From Octopus sinensis (Eukaryota): a DNA stretch of 64,000 bases. Shown in pieces: positions 35,279-49,699 of the stretch. Both the position numbers and the translations under genes were made by a program. The notes below the pieces were generated by a model, which worked only from the letters and a program-made list of their open reading frames with translations, was not told where the DNA came from and ran no database searches. The stretch spans positions 75,144,001 through 75,208,000 of the forward strand of contig NC_042998.1 in NCBI RefSeq assembly GCF_006345805.1, read 5' to 3'. The first letter of the stretch is position 1. Each line of letters opens with the position of its first letter.

Positions 35279-37290
35279 TGATTTGCCTGGAGACAAACAC
35301 ACTCATGCGACAGCGTTTACATCCTGCTGAGAGAACACATACAATCTCATTACAACTTCTGCCACCGCAGCCACCAACTCCATCAGCATCCTACTGGAAA
35401 TAGCTCGGAGGTAATGCTAATAAGAGACTGCATGTTGGCTCTGTCTTACATCTCTCTCTCTCTCTCTGTCACCCTCTGGCTGTCAACTCAATATATGCCT
35501 TCTTTTGACACCTTCCAGACAGCAGGGCATGAGATGAACAAATTTAAAACTTCTCAAAATATTTTGTTTCTTGCTCCCCGTAAAATGATGATGCCTGGGA
35601 CATCTGAATCTTACCACAGGATCCAGAAAACCGGTTAACTCTGTGCTCTTATAGCACGACCCTGGATACCAACATGTGTCGTTCGAAATACATGATCACC
35701 AGTGACCTTAAGTTCTGACAGTGAACGCGAAAAGTTTTTAAATCAAGACCAACCTCCTCCAAAACCTGTAGCTAATCAAACCAGGGATATTCCCGAAATT
35801 GATGTTCAAGATCAATTACCAAACATATGCCAAAGAAATAGAGATACAAGACAGAATATATATCGAAATTATGCATGCTTATTATTATTCAACACTAAAC
35901 CCAGAAACATCACCCATACAAAAAAGAGACCTTCATCTGGAGGTACAAAAACCGGCATAGAATGGGTAGTAATAAACTAGGAGCTGTGAGACCTGTTATC
36001 CTAAAAGATAAAAGACTAACTGACTTCGAAATTGACAAAATAGTCAGATCAGTCAAAAGTCAGCTCAGTATAACACACACTCACTTATATCCACAAGCTC
36101 GGAAATCCCTAACTCAAACCAGTAAACTTGGTACACAGAACCTTATGAAGGTGGATCATCAGTTGATACTAAAAACACTATAAATGATCGCGTCAGCAAT
36201 GAACTGTTAGATGGAATACTAAAACAATATGTAATACAACTACATCAACCTTTCCACGACAGAGCCCCAATTCCCAAAATTATTGATACTAATAAGAATA
36301 AAAATTAATCAAAGACATTGAAGCACTTGGAAGGCTGATACGTCAATTCCTTGGGAAGAGTAGAGAAAATGCCCTCATTTACTTAGCTGCTAATGGGGCA
36401 AATCAGAAATGCGTTATTAAAATTAGAGATAAACAAAAACAGTTCAATGTACACAAACAGTATGCATGGATGAGTGTTCTTAGCATCTAGGTCTACTTGT
36501 AGTTTTAACATCATTAACTGGAATCTTACAGAGCTGTAACACCTGGACGGGAAGACGAGAAAACTACTAACATCTAAGAACATGTAGCATCCAAAAGCAA
36601 ACGTTGATCGTTTGTACCTACCTAGAAAAAATGGGGGAAGAAGAATAATGCAGGAAGAACTGTGTTATAAGACCTCCAAAATAGCAATAAGTACTTATCT
36701 AGTTCAAAGGATTGACTGCTGCGGCTTGTGTACAAACACGAAAGCAGCCATAAATCACATTCCATTGTCAAGGAAGCTTGCAAATTTGCAAAGGAAGTTG
36801 GCATTAACCCTCAATTAGATGAAGAACCTGAAACAAGCAATAAGCAAAATAAGCAAAACAGACTAGAAATAAGAACGAGCAGAGACAAATTGAGGAGCGG
36901 TGGAGACAGAAGCCTCTACATGGACAGTATATACTTTGAAGCCGAAATGCTGATGTAGACCAAGCAACAATTCATCAGTAAGTGAGAAGCCCAGGACTGA
37001 AAGTAGGGACTGAATGTTTCATATTAGCGGCATAGGATCAAAGCTTGCTTACCAAAACTGTCAGAAACATCTAGAAAATATCCAAAGAGAACCATGTCTC
37101 AGAGAAATCCAAAAGATTGTTCTGACAAGTCCTGCCCACATCCTGAGAAAAACCCTCTCAGTACAGATGTATGTGTTGTATGACATGAAGATATTTCACT
37201 ACTGCCCTTGCCATTTCTCCTCCCCGGGATTTTAGTCATACTGTAACATGTCTTATCCTTCACTCGCCCTATGACGCTCGTTGTGTCTCA
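35279..37290 (+). mobile_element. Internally deleted, decayed Dong/R4-clade LINE between AAT-type repeats
   Basis: FNIINWNLTEL*HLDGKTRKLL...HPKANVDRLYLPRKNGGRR and EIQKIVLTSPAHILRKTLSVQ; (AAT)/(GAT) tail at 37325-37560. Confidence 0.75.
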
Positions 37291-37371
37291 ACAACTGATT
37301 GTAACAAACATGCAGATTAAAAGTAAATAATAATAATAATAATAATAATAATGATAATAATAATAATAATA

Positions 37372-37422
<51 letters not shown>

Positions 37423-37482
37423 ACGACGACGACGACGATGATGATGATGATGAAGATGAAGATGATGATGATGATGATGATG

Positions 37483-37561
<79 letters not shown>

Positions 37562-37999
37562 GGAAAGCTTTGCAATGCAGCCGTGAAAAAATTTCTGTCA
37601 AATTAAAGGAACTAAAAAACCGGAAAGATTTTTTCCATATAAAATGTAGTCTCTTTGTTAATTGCATGATAGCTCAAGGCATGATAGTTCCACACGTTAG
37701 AAGTCGAAACCAGCACCAAAAATCCTGGAAAAACACCTCTACCACAGTAATTTGAATAATTACCTATACATACAACTAACTGTCCACGCATCCATGTGCA
37801 CATGTTAATATTTATAAGCAACATAAATAATACCTACACAACACACACGTACATACACGGAAAATAAAATAAAAGCTCGTGTAACGAGCGACGTTGTACC
37901 AAACAAAAGCAAAGTGACTTCCCACAGACGAATATAAAATTAGTCACTAAGTTTAAAATAAACCAAACATTTGAGCCGGAAAACATAGCTACCAAAGAA

Positions 38000-39300
38000 A
38001 TAGAGGCAATTTTCGATCTATCAGCTTCCGATATATAAATATATCCATTCGAAGAACAAGGAAGCGGTGTCAGGTCAAATAGTCAACTCTGAACAAATAT
38101 ACCCGTCTCCTATTGTCAGTGTCAATGCCTTATGGACAAGCCAAAACTCACACCGGATCTGTAATCACCCGGGACAACAAAGACGGTGTTACTCAGTGGG
38201 GAACCATACGGGATCCGAGAAGTCTTCTGTAACAAACTCTCTAAAAAAACGATCTACTTAGTAACCAGATCCACGATAACCCGAACCCTAGGTCTGTAGT
38301 GACCCCACCAAAAACATCACCAAAAGCAAAACGCATAAAATGGACTAGAGATGGTTATAGAGATATGTTGAAAGATTTCTATACAGCCCAACTAAACCCA
38401 AACAATAGCTTCAGAGTACAAACTTACATTTCATGAAATTTAGGTAATGAAGTACGCAGGTATATAGATACAAATAAACTAAGTAATGTACGTAGAGACA
38501 TCATTCTTTTATTCTTTTATTTGTTTCAGTCATTTGACTGCGGCCATGCTGAAGCACCGCCTTTAACATTAAGAATAAAAAGTTAACTGACGCTGAAATT
38601 AGCCAAATTAGAACGCAAATATCTCATGATAGACCAAATGAAAACAGCAACAATGCAATGAAATAGGTAACAGATGCACAAAACCCAGTGTACGAGCAAT
38701 ACATCCCAGCGTGCAAGCTGGATACAATATGGCGGAGAACAGATATGCAGAAAAAGAGGAGAAAATAGACCTACCTCAAGAACACCAGAAGAGGTATGAC
38801 ACAGAATTTGAAGAGAATAATACAGAGGATATCGTAGAAGCAAAAGAAGATATGACAAAACTCAGTAAGACTGAGTCTAGTGACATAGTCAATAGAGAAC
38901 CACTGGCAAAGTTCTCAAGCACCATAAAAATCAACAACATAACCATGATATATATTGTCGCTCTTAGATCTTAAGTAATAAGGGAAATGACCTAACAACA
39001 TTAAATAACCTCATCTATTCCACTGCTAATTTTGTACCTGCTCAACTAGGTATCAGGACGACGCAGAAAAGGACCAACCATGTCAATAGACCTCCCAAGT
39101 GGAAAGTAGCAATACAAAAACGGATGCAAAGAAATTTTATAGGGAAATGAGCAAAAGCAAGATACAAGTAAACGAGCCACCTAACAGTGAGGAAATGGAA
39201 GAGTTCTGCAAGAAGATATGGAGCAACAAAACACAAGTTTTCATGGAAAATAACTCGAACGCCGAAGTCAAGAGGTTCATAGCTAAAGGGCTCGGGTGAG
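38000..39300 (+). mobile_element. Dong/R4-clade LINE 5'/N-terminal region
   Basis: KRIKWTRDGYRDMLKDFY, EISQIRTQIS and DAKKFYREMSKSKIQVNEPPNSEEMEEFCKKIWS (cf. PTAEEVEKFWREIWS near 59900); a SINE 3' fragment is inserted at ~38505-38565. Confidence 0.7.
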
Positions 39301-39699
39301 CTGTAGCTTCCCCAGCGGCCCCTGAAAGCTCTTATTTTGTTGTGTTTCAATAGCAATTTAACTACATTTTAATTAGTTGTGTGCAATAACTCTGCAGTCT
39401 TGGTTGTCTAAAGATTATCCAGGTCTTTTCAAAAAGTGGCCAAATATTGTAAATTACCTACTATAATAAACATCAAACGTACTCAGCTGGAGTAAAGACT
39501 ACCGTAGTGACGTCACTTGGGCATCGGTTATTTTACAGGAGCTAACATGGTGTCAAGTATACCATAATAACACCATTTATTTAAAGTGGGTTTAGAGATT
39601 TGATTACGGTATGTATAATATTATATTGTAATTTACTAGAAATGTTGTAATAAATTACACTGCTTGTATTTTCTTTAATTTGTAAATTTTGTCTTACTT

Positions 39700-39986
39700 C
39701 AGGAGTCTATTGGTCTTGAAACAACATATCTATTTTTACGTTGCTCACGGACCATTTCTGCAACATGTTTCTCTAGAATCGGTCAGTGTACAGTGCCTCT
39801 TCCCATTTCACGTTTTCTTCCAGGTATACTCCTTAATAAGTTTTCATTTAATCTCCAAACACTTACCATCGTCTCGGTTACACCGTATTCTCTCTCAGCA
39901 GCACAGTTGTTGAGGGACTTGGCGTATGCTACCACTTTCAGCTTAAAACCGCCTACATATTTCCTTCGTTTATTACTTGGTGGTAT
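39700..39986 (-). pseudogene. pogo-family transposase N-terminus (Brinker-type DNA-binding domain + CENP-B-like HTH), disrupted
   Basis: (I/M)PPSNKRRKYVGGFKLKVVAYAKSLNNCAAEREYGVTETMVSVWR...RGTVH*PILEKHVAEMVREQRKNRYVVSR matches the POGK-type pogo pattern KRRSY...FKLKV...AAR.FGV...VR.WR...WPELE; the W codon has become a stop. Confidence 0.75.
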
Positions 39987-40744
39987 GAGCGGTTTTACAG
40001 TTGCTGGAAATTAATGTTCACCCAGTGAGAGTAATGCTACTTATAAAAGAGTGACAACGTGAGCATTTTCAAGGAACCCTGTCTGTAAATGTCTAAAAGT
40101 AACCGGTATCTGTAACGTTTTATTGTGATTGGTCTGACTGACACAAACTGGCCAATCACAGAAGGTACTGATATATGCTGGTAATCTGTAGTAGCAGTTA
40201 GATTAATTACCGTAAAGTACACTTATCTTGAAAGCCCTCGGCGCTAGCTAAGCGTTGTATGTGAGGGCGCTCTAACGAGACAGTGTAAACAGAACGGACT
40301 CTGCGACAACGGCTGAACGGGTTGTTTGTTTACATTTTCTGTTCGTCAGCTGTTGCAAATGGTGACCGGAGTCTGTCCGCTAAGTTTGCTGTGCTGTTAT
40401 TTTAATATAGTCTTACTATTTATCCAGCTTCCCAAACATAGGTGTCAGTATCAGTACAAAATACTGATATGTAGAACCATAGGATATGTATGAATGTTTT
40501 ACAGTGTCTCCATCGATAAGTGCTTTACACTGTTCTCCATTGACATTGGTGCTACTCTAAACCACAAGAATTTAAACTTCAGATTTTATACGGTCTATGT
40601 AAGACGACACTTAGCTTTGGGGTGATTTTTGTAAAGTTCAAATTCCGTCCTGTACGTCGGTATATGCGGTGTATTATGTTATATAAAAGTGAATATGTAG
40701 ATGTGTGTAAGTACATATATACACCTACATCTATCATATATAGG

Positions 40745-40961
40745 TACGAGTAGGTGCTGAGAAGTTCTTGGCTTTAAGAGTATCGTGAAATGCCTCATAG
40801 AGGCCCATCTTTTCTAGTTGTTTTACAGAGCTTAGAAAAACTGAAGGATCGCATTATGTGTGTGACTCTCAGAGTGGAATATGTTCAATAAAATCATAAT
40901 TAACTGATCCTCCTGGATTTTTTAAACCCCAAAACCAGGAACTTTTCAGTACCTCCTCGTA
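40745..40961. mobile_element. Mariner-derived MITE with ~30-bp TIRs
   Basis: Left TACGAGTAGGTGCTGAGAAGTTCTTGGCTTT versus right AAAACCAGGAACTTTTCAGTACCTCCTCGTA; TA at both ends. Confidence 0.85.
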
Positions 40962-41680
40962 CATGTGAATATGTATAATGTGTGGTGTTTGTGTGTAATC
41001 GTGTGTGTGTATGTAATCATGTGTAATTATGCATGTAATTAGTTAATAAAAAAAAACAAGAAAAAACACCAGAAAAAAAACAACATGAAAGGTATTAACA
41101 GACGCTCAGGGAAGCGAACGTTTTTCCCCTCGAGAGTTCCGGACGCCAGTTATGAAATCATTTGCATACAGTCAATCAGAGCTGAACTATCAACCTAATT
41201 TATGAGCGCATAACAAGTGATGGGCAATAAGGTAAGATCACATGTGTAAAGAATAACCATGTCTCTTTTCTCTTTTTAGAATGCTTGTTGTTCTTGTTTC
41301 AACCATGGCTGCCTTTACGTAGTTATTTGTGTTGTTGTTTACTTTGTAAAACTGCAAGGGAAGATAGTTGCTAGCACATCACCCTCTACCCACATTTTCC
41401 CCATCCACATCTTTACCATATGGTGCCCTAAGTAAATATGATAATTGGTATAGATGCAAATCTATCTAATTACTTGTCTCCTTCTAAAATCAGGCATAAC
41501 TTGACGATCAGTCGACTTACAACACCGTTCTTCGTATTCCGTTTACTTGGAAGAGCGTGTTTGTTAACTTGACAACAAGATCAAGGTGAGCTCTGATTGG
41601 TTGTATGCAAATGAGTTCATTGGCGGGGACCGGAACTCTCGTGGGAAAAAAATGTCATCTCAGGGAACGAAAGAAAGGTA

Positions 41681-41715
41681 GTTTTACGTTTCGAAGAAAG
41701 CTCTTTTTCAGAAAC
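41681..41715 (-). ncRNA. Decayed minimal hammerhead (G8 to A) in a Penelope-type fragment
   Basis: Reverse complement GUUU-CUGAAAA-A-GAG(CUUUC)UUC-GAAAC-GUA-AAAC. Confidence 0.5.
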
Positions 41716-41808
41716 AGGAGACAGAAGGAAGTCCAAGAGAAAAGGAAGACGGAGAAAAAAAAAGTCGCCAACGATCCACATATTGTTACATTTTGCATAA
41801 ACACACAC

Positions 41809-41926
<118 letters not shown>

Positions 41927-41954
41927 GATATGTGTGTATGTATTTGTGTATCTA

Positions 41955-42152
41955 CGTTTGTCCCCGCCATCATCGCTTAACAACCGAAGTTGATGTGTTT
42001 ACGTACTCATAATCTAGCAGTTCGGCAAAAGAGATCGATAAAATATGTACTAGGCTTACAAAGAATAAGTCCCTGGGTCGATTTGTTCGACTAAAGGAGG
42101 TGCTCCAGTATGGCCGCAGTCAAATGACAGAAGCAATTAAAAGAATGAAAGA
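41955..42152 (+). mobile_element. SINE 3' half (13589 family)
   Basis: GGTGCTCCAGTATGGCCGCAGTCAAATGACAGAAGC plus A-rich tail. Confidence 0.85.
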
Positions 42153-45065
42153 ACGTATACTCGCACGTACATACAAGCGCATATATATCTCCATGTATAT
42201 ATACATATTTATATATAAGTAGGTCGATGTATAATACACACTAACAGCGTATGTTAGAAAGTCTAAGAGAACTACAATGTAGTTTATCTACAGTTTTTGA
42301 TCCATGTGGTCTGTACTTTTAACAAACTTAACCACACCATGTTATTTACTTCGTACATAGACAAGTATATTGCTATGATACGTTTCAATGCCAGTTTGTT
42401 CACGCTTCACTGAACAAGTTACTCTGACCGTTCTAACTAGAAACTAGAGCTTTTATTTCTATATAACACATCCTATTTCCATTAGTTGTCCATGTTGTTC
42501 GAAACCGTTAACACGACACTTTTAAATAACAATGGATTTAAATTCCAGCTTCAAATGTGTGTATATGTGCTTGTCTGTGTCTACGCACGCTTGTGCACGT
42601 GTGTATGCGTATGTATATGCGTGTGTGTATGTATATGTGTGTGTATGTTTGTGTGTGCTTGTATTTTTATGCGTACGTGTGTATATGTGTGATTATGGGT
42701 GCGCTTTTGAGCATGTGTGTTGAGACAAAATTTATTTAGCCGTTCAGTGTTGTGCCATAACATGAGAAAGTAAACATTCACCTAAAGCATTTTAAAATAA
42801 TAAAATTAAATAACATTATGAAAATATGTGATTTTGTATAACACAAGAGCAAGTTTTTCAATTAGGCTTTTAGTCTTTGTATCGTCTTTTACATGATATT
42901 CTAAATTACTAACAGCATTTTAATGTTCAACATGAAAACATTTATTAATTTCTGAAATTATCTTGTTTTAGTGTCTCTGTTGTATGTAGTGTTTACATCA
43001 TGCGAAAGCATTGCATCATCTCCTTATGGAATCCCTGTAGCATGTGAAATTGATGAGATCGCTGCAATTCTCAATAGGTTTTCACTTTGTATAAGAAATT
43101 AAATTCTGTCATCGGCAAGTAAAGTTCTTTCAGTTGAATGAGTTTTGTAAAAACTTTTTTGCTAATCGGAAATGTTTGATCAAATGAGTTGTTCAGTTTG
43201 AATTTAAAGAAACGCTTTAAAGACAGTGATATTATTATTCACATACACGTGCTGTAGGGTGGGCAGTACAATTATATAGTTCAAAAATATATGAAAGACA
43301 TGCAAATATTTCAAGATGCACAAATACAAGGATCTTTTTAACGAGGACGATAATTAATATTACGTGCCAAGTAAAACTGTAATTATGTATATGTGTATAT
43401 ATATGTATTTGTGCATGCGGTGTGTGTGTGTGTGTCTGTGTGTCTGTGTGTCTGTGTGTCTGTGTGTGTGTGTGTTATGTGTATATGCATGTGAATTTAA
43501 ACTGTGAATTTAAGCTGCATCCAATAATGAGGATCTGGTTTGAAGAATCAAGTTTTTGGAGAGTGTGGAACCACCCGTCAGTATCTATTGTTCTCAGGTC
43601 TGCACTGACTTGGAGTTGTAACACGTGTCAATTTTTCAGCTATAGGTTGATTAGCATATAAGTAATGTAATGAGAATCCATCTTATCCCAAGGATGCAAA
43701 AATACTTGTGGTTGTCGTCAAAGTGTTCAATAAAATTCTTCGGATGTGAGAGATCCCAAGTTGGTATCACAGCATCCTTCTAGAAGAGGGACAATCTCAT
43801 GTAAAACCTGTAATTCCACGTGATTATTGGTGATCATACTTCTGCCTATCACTGAGTACTAATCAGAGAGACCTAGAACGTGTACTGGTATTGTACAAGC
43901 GTTTATCCTATAATCCAATGACACACATACTCTAAAGGAAGAATGCATTCTTCGATGTCGAACAAGCCACAGCGATGAGATACACACGTTAAAATCGCTA
44001 GAAATATCATATATAGATTCGTTATTGGTTGGATGTTCTCTGCTTTGCGTGCGCCCTATAAACATACACGCATGTGTGTGTGTACGCGCGCGAGCGCAAG
44101 TGTGAGTGAGTATGTGTGTGTGTGTGTGTATATTTTTGTGCGTGAATGTATTTTTAAAGGGAAAATGTCCTTTTTCGAGGACGCGACTAACTTAATTTAG
44201 AAATTTTCAACTTGTTTCAAGACGATTTTATCCTCTTGAGAGTTCTTCCTCTGATTACAGAAATTACCAGAGCTTTTCAAACAACAAAATAAATTATTCT
44301 TAAATTTGTTTTATAATATAAAACGAATGACATTTATTGTGGCTTGAAATACGAGAAAAATGTTATAGAATTATAGGAAGTTATCAAATCAATATAATAA
44401 ACTAAAGTAGTTTTTAAAGTGAATCAGTAATTACTCTGTAAAACAACTTTTATTGTAAAGACTGAACGATGAAAGTTAAATTTATTAAAATTACAAAATT
44501 ACAAAACAAAAATATAAAACAAAAGGGTAAAAAGATTGTCGGAAGAATAGATTTAGGAGGTATTTATTAATAATATTTTCTGAAAAGTACTAAAACTCAC
44601 AAATATAAATCGAAGTGGACATCTTAATTATTAAAAATGAAATTTCGACAATAAACACATACATGCATACATACATATACATATATACTTGCGTGCGTGT
44701 GCGTGTGTGCGCGCGCGTTTTGTGTGTGTGCGTGTGTCCTAACTCATATGTTGCGTTTTCTTGTATTTGAAGGCATCTGATCAAAATGGATCTTAGCGAA
44801 ATGTATATTGTTAATATATGAGTTTCGAAGAAGGAAACCAATGAAAGATTATTAAACCCATGAGTGTTATTTTGAAAATGAAATTCTGGCGAAAGTGGAA
44901 ATGTAATTACGTGGAGAAACAGCACTCTCTACAACGTTATATATTAATATATTTCAATCACCAAATATGTACAAGAATTCGGACAAGTATATAGACAACT
45001 CCACACCCCAAAACACACGCACACAGTCACATAGTACATGCATATATATATATATATATATAATC

Positions 45066-45482
45066 TTTTACACTTTACTCTTTTACTTGTTTCAGTCATT
45101 TGACTGTGACCATGTTGGAGCACCCACTTCAGTCGATCAAATCGACCCCAGTACTTATTCTATCGGTCTCTTTTGCCGAACCGCCAGGTTACGGGGACGT
45201 AAACACACCAGCATCGGTTTGTCAAGTGATGTTGGGGGGACAAGCATAGACACACAAACATATACACACGTGCATATATATACTTCCACACACACACACA
45301 TACGACGAGCTTCTTTCAGTTTCCGTCTGCCAAATCCACTCACAAGGCTCAGTCGGCCCGAGGCAATAGTAGAAGACACTTGCCTAAGGTACCACGCAGT
45401 GGGACTGAACCCAGAACCATGTGGTTCGTAAGCAAGTTACTTACCACATAGCCACCTCTACGCCTATAGCCACTCTTACGCC

Positions 45483-45483
<1 letters not shown>
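45066..45483 (-). mobile_element. Full-length SINE (13589 family) with duplicated 5' 18-mer
   Basis: Colinear with 13589-14033. Confidence 0.9.
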
Positions 45484-45519
<36 letters not shown>

Positions 45520-45534
45520 ATATATATCATCTTC

Positions 45535-46450
45535 ATCATCATTATCATCATCAACGTTTAACGTCCGCCTGCTCTCTATGTTGACAGTTGTTGGGCGGTT
45601 TGCCAAGGAACTAGCTAGCTGGGAACTGTTCGGACTCCAACTGTCGGTTGCAGCATGGTTTCTATGACTGGATGCTCTTCCTAACGCCAACCACCTAACA
45701 GAGTGTGCTGGGTAATTTTTACGTGTTACTGTCATGGGTGCGTTTACGCACCACCGGCACCGGCACTGCGTTAATGCAGTCCGGCACGGCTGCTTTTTTA
45801 AGTGGCATCGGTACTTGAAAGAACAAGCCTGTATGTGTGGAGAAAAACGAATTCACATAACTTGACGTGTCTTATTAAGTACAGCAAATCTCCTGGTCTC
45901 TTGTAATTTCCATAGTGAGGCCCGGCATTCGCCCCACGTCTTCCTGAGTCTACCCGTCCACAGGTACCCTCCATAATTAGAGCTCAGCACTTTTTTATGC
46001 AGTTGTCCTCCCCCAAATGCATCACATGACCGAGCCAGTGCAGTCTCCTCTCTTGCATGCAACATCTGCTGCCTCTTATGCACAGTTTTCCTCTTAAATC
46101 GTTTGTCATATATGCACACTGACATTACCCATCCAGGGGTACAGGTTAGCTTCATTTCTTTCAAGCCTTCGCAAGTCCCCTGTAATCAAAACCCATGCTT
46201 CTTTGACATGTAACATAGCTGTACGTACATAGGCATCATACAATTTGCCTTTCATTCTGAGTGAGAGGCCCTTGGTTACCAACAAGGGTAGAAACTCTCA
46301 ACTTCACCCTCCCCATTTCTTATCCTAGCAACTACATTTTCAGAACTCTCGCTCTCTCCCCCCCCCTCTCTCTCTCTCACTGCTAACTTGGTCTCCTAAG
46401 TAACAGAAGCTAATGACCCGCCCGAGTATTTGTGAGAGCCTGTTGTCTGT
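45535..46450 (-). mobile_element. RTE-type LINE 3' part with long 3' UTR and (GAT)n tail
   Basis: Broken frames give VVARIR, KGLSLRMKGKLYDAYVRTAML and QERRLHWLGHVM; the UTR contains GGATGCTCTTCCTAACGCCAACC. Confidence 0.75.
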
Positions 46451-46873
46451 GTTTTAGTGCCTTTTGTACCTGCACACACACAAAGGCTATATTCTCCGTT
46501 AAACTTCCTTTTATACCGCAGCACCTCTTATGTGCCCAAAGCTTGCACTGGGTACAACGGATAGAGTTTCTACCAACACTCTTCTCACTTATCGAGCTGG
46601 GCCATCTCTTTGGAAGGACTATATATCTATATATATATATTAATAAAACTTGCTCGAGTTGGGCATTGGTTAGTAAGAGATCGCAAGTGTTCAGTCCTTG
46701 CTGTCACAGAAGTTCTTCTAACCCTGAGATACCTGCTGACGGTACGGAAGGGTTTCCAGCATGACAGCATGGCAATGGACTTAGAAGGACTTGCAAAACC
46801 TCTGAGTAGCTCCTTCAGTTTCTGTGTGGGCAAAGCATCTCTCATGTTTATACGCAGACACACACACACACAC

Positions 46874-46920
<47 letters not shown>

Positions 46921-48403
46921 AGTAAAAAAGAGATCGGGAGAAATAGAAAGAGCAATTATTATTAATCCAAACATATGGAGGAATAAAAGAAACAAAGTTG
47001 GAAATGCACAGGGAATGTATTAGAATTAATTTGAATCTAATTATATTTTAAGATATAGGAATACCCTCTATCGATTTCACATTAAATTTTCAAAAATGTA
47101 AAGTATATGGAATTGTGTCGCGAATTATGTCTACTCAGGCCGCTGTTATAAAAACAGCTTGTCTTTAAAGAAGGTTTGTTTTAGAAAGCTATGTATGAAC
47201 GTTGGAATTGATTGGTGAACATTTATATATTAGACGCATGTGGCAGTCGCGCGAGGTAATATAAAATTGTTACTCCATTGAATATGTCAAATGACAGTTA
47301 GAAAAGATTCATAAGTGATATAATAATTATTTTCATAAAAGTGTTATACATAATTACCTTTATAAGTTTTCTACCCTTATAATATCTCACAGTAAAATTT
47401 TCATAATTTCAAAGCCTTTTAGTACGCACTGACGAAATACGGATGACAAATTAATTTATTTGTTCATTAATACAGAAACTCGAGTTTGAGGTTAACTATA
47501 AATAGTTTTTGTTTTCATTCTCTTTGAAATTTCTTTTTTCTTGTGGTTTGGGTTTAGTTGCTCTTTCCAGCATGTAAGGGGTCCTGTCAAGGGTCACCCC
47601 TCTGTACATAAATACTTATACACTCTTATATATATACTTACACACACACCGCATCCAGAACGCACACTCTCCAAGTTCAAGACCTTGGACGTGCTCTTTC
47701 CGGCAACTCTCCATCTTTTCTATTGCTATATAGAAAAGTTTGTTCTCTCGAACTGGTTCGATTCGTGCCAGCACCACCTACGACATGCAAACATTACTAT
47801 TTCCACGAATTTTCACTCATAGTGTGTTCAAGTTCCTCTATCAGCACTGATAATTATAATCAGTTTTTCCTCCTTAGCACATAGCTCCTCTCAAATCTTT
47901 TTCCTACTCTTATCCTTTCTACACATGTTACTCTGCAACAGTTAAAACGCAATATTAATGATTTCAGTGTCTTGGAGACACTATATTTGTGCTTAAATTC
48001 ATTTGTGTGTGTACAAAAGTCTAGACAAGAGCACTTTTGATAGCAAAACGAGATTATTATTTTCTAATAGTAAGAACGGATATATCATATTTGGTTGTTC
48101 GAATTTTAAGTTACCGATCATCGACTTACTTAGACATGAGACGTATGTGGTTTGTTATTTATAAAATAATAGGATGTGTGCAAACGAAAGCTTCTGCATA
48201 AGAAATGTAGATAAAACAGTCGAAAAAGAAAGCAAATGTTTTAGATGTTAATAAAAAATCATGCGTTTTCGTGACAAATGTCTGTGTGAAAGAATGAAGG
48301 TTTGAATTTTGCATGCGTACGTGCTGAATGAACTCTGAAATTAAAACTAAGGCAGAAAATTAATTATAGATTACAACAATGTATGCACACACAGGCACAC
48401 AAA

Positions 48404-48451
<48 letters not shown>

Positions 48452-48753
48452 AATATATACAGAAAGACAGACAGAGAGATGTATAGGTAGAGATGATACA
48501 TAAATATTGATATGTATATAAAATCAGTTTTAGCTACACATATAAATCATGTTTATGTACACATACATATTGCAAATTACGTACACATAGATATGTGAAC
48601 ATTCTGTGAGATAAAATTTCATATACATATATCAGTGAATTTGATTTAGATAGAAAAAGAGGCATATGCAAGTATTGATGAAAAATACAGAGTGCATTTG
48701 TGTACACACACACTCACACACACTCACACACTCACACACACACACACACACAT

Positions 48754-48797
<44 letters not shown>

Positions 48798-48925
48798 TCA
48801 TACACAAATAGATAAGAAATACAGGTACATATATGTGTGTATGCGTATATATATGTATATATATAATTATACACATATATATTTCCCTATGCATAAAACT
48901 TTTCTTTTCTCTGTGGCTCTATATG

Positions 48926-48956
<31 letters not shown>

Positions 48957-49094
48957 GTCTGTGTGTGTGTGTGTGTGTGTGTGTCTGTGTGTGTCTGTGT
49001 GCGCGTGTGCGTGTATGTGTCTGAGTGTGTGTAGAGAGAGAAAGATATCTATATAGTCCTGAGTTAACGTCATTTCGTTATGATGTTGATGTGA

Positions 49095-49131
<37 letters not shown>

Positions 49132-49699
49132 AGAAATTCAGGAAGCGTACACCTGTCAGATTGCATTTTTGTTAGATATTACCTTTTTGTTCTTTCTCTT
49201 GTAAGCTTTTTTCATTTTTTTTTCTTTATTTCAATAAAATCTAAATAACGAAGTAACCAATGATGAATAACGATACAAGTCACTCACTTATTTTATATTT
49301 CATGATCTTCAATCTAAACTGGAATCTGTGTATGTCTACTGCCCATTTTATAGTGATGCAACGTTTTAAGTTATGGTAAAAACGTTAAGTTAAAAGTAGT
49401 GCCAGTACTTGGATTGCATGATGAAAATATATGGTGATAGAGCACAACCGTGCTAATGAAAGACAATTTAGGTGTAAGAATAGATAACTACTACAAATAT
49501 TTACAACTAAGATATTTGTCTAAAACTCATTAATTTTAGCTTTATCCATTTTAGCCAAAAACAATCCTCAAACGAAAAGTTCAAAATCAGGCAGGTTAAT
49601 AATAATGATGACGATAATCATAATGATGACGGTGATGATGAATATGGTGATGATGATGATTTCTTTAACTTGCTTCTGGCATTAGACTGCAACACCAGC

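Noticed and set aside
46480-46850. GC-richer segment with 110-137-aa ORFs
   Set aside because: Probably more decayed LINE sequence next to the RTE copy, but no motif could be identified.
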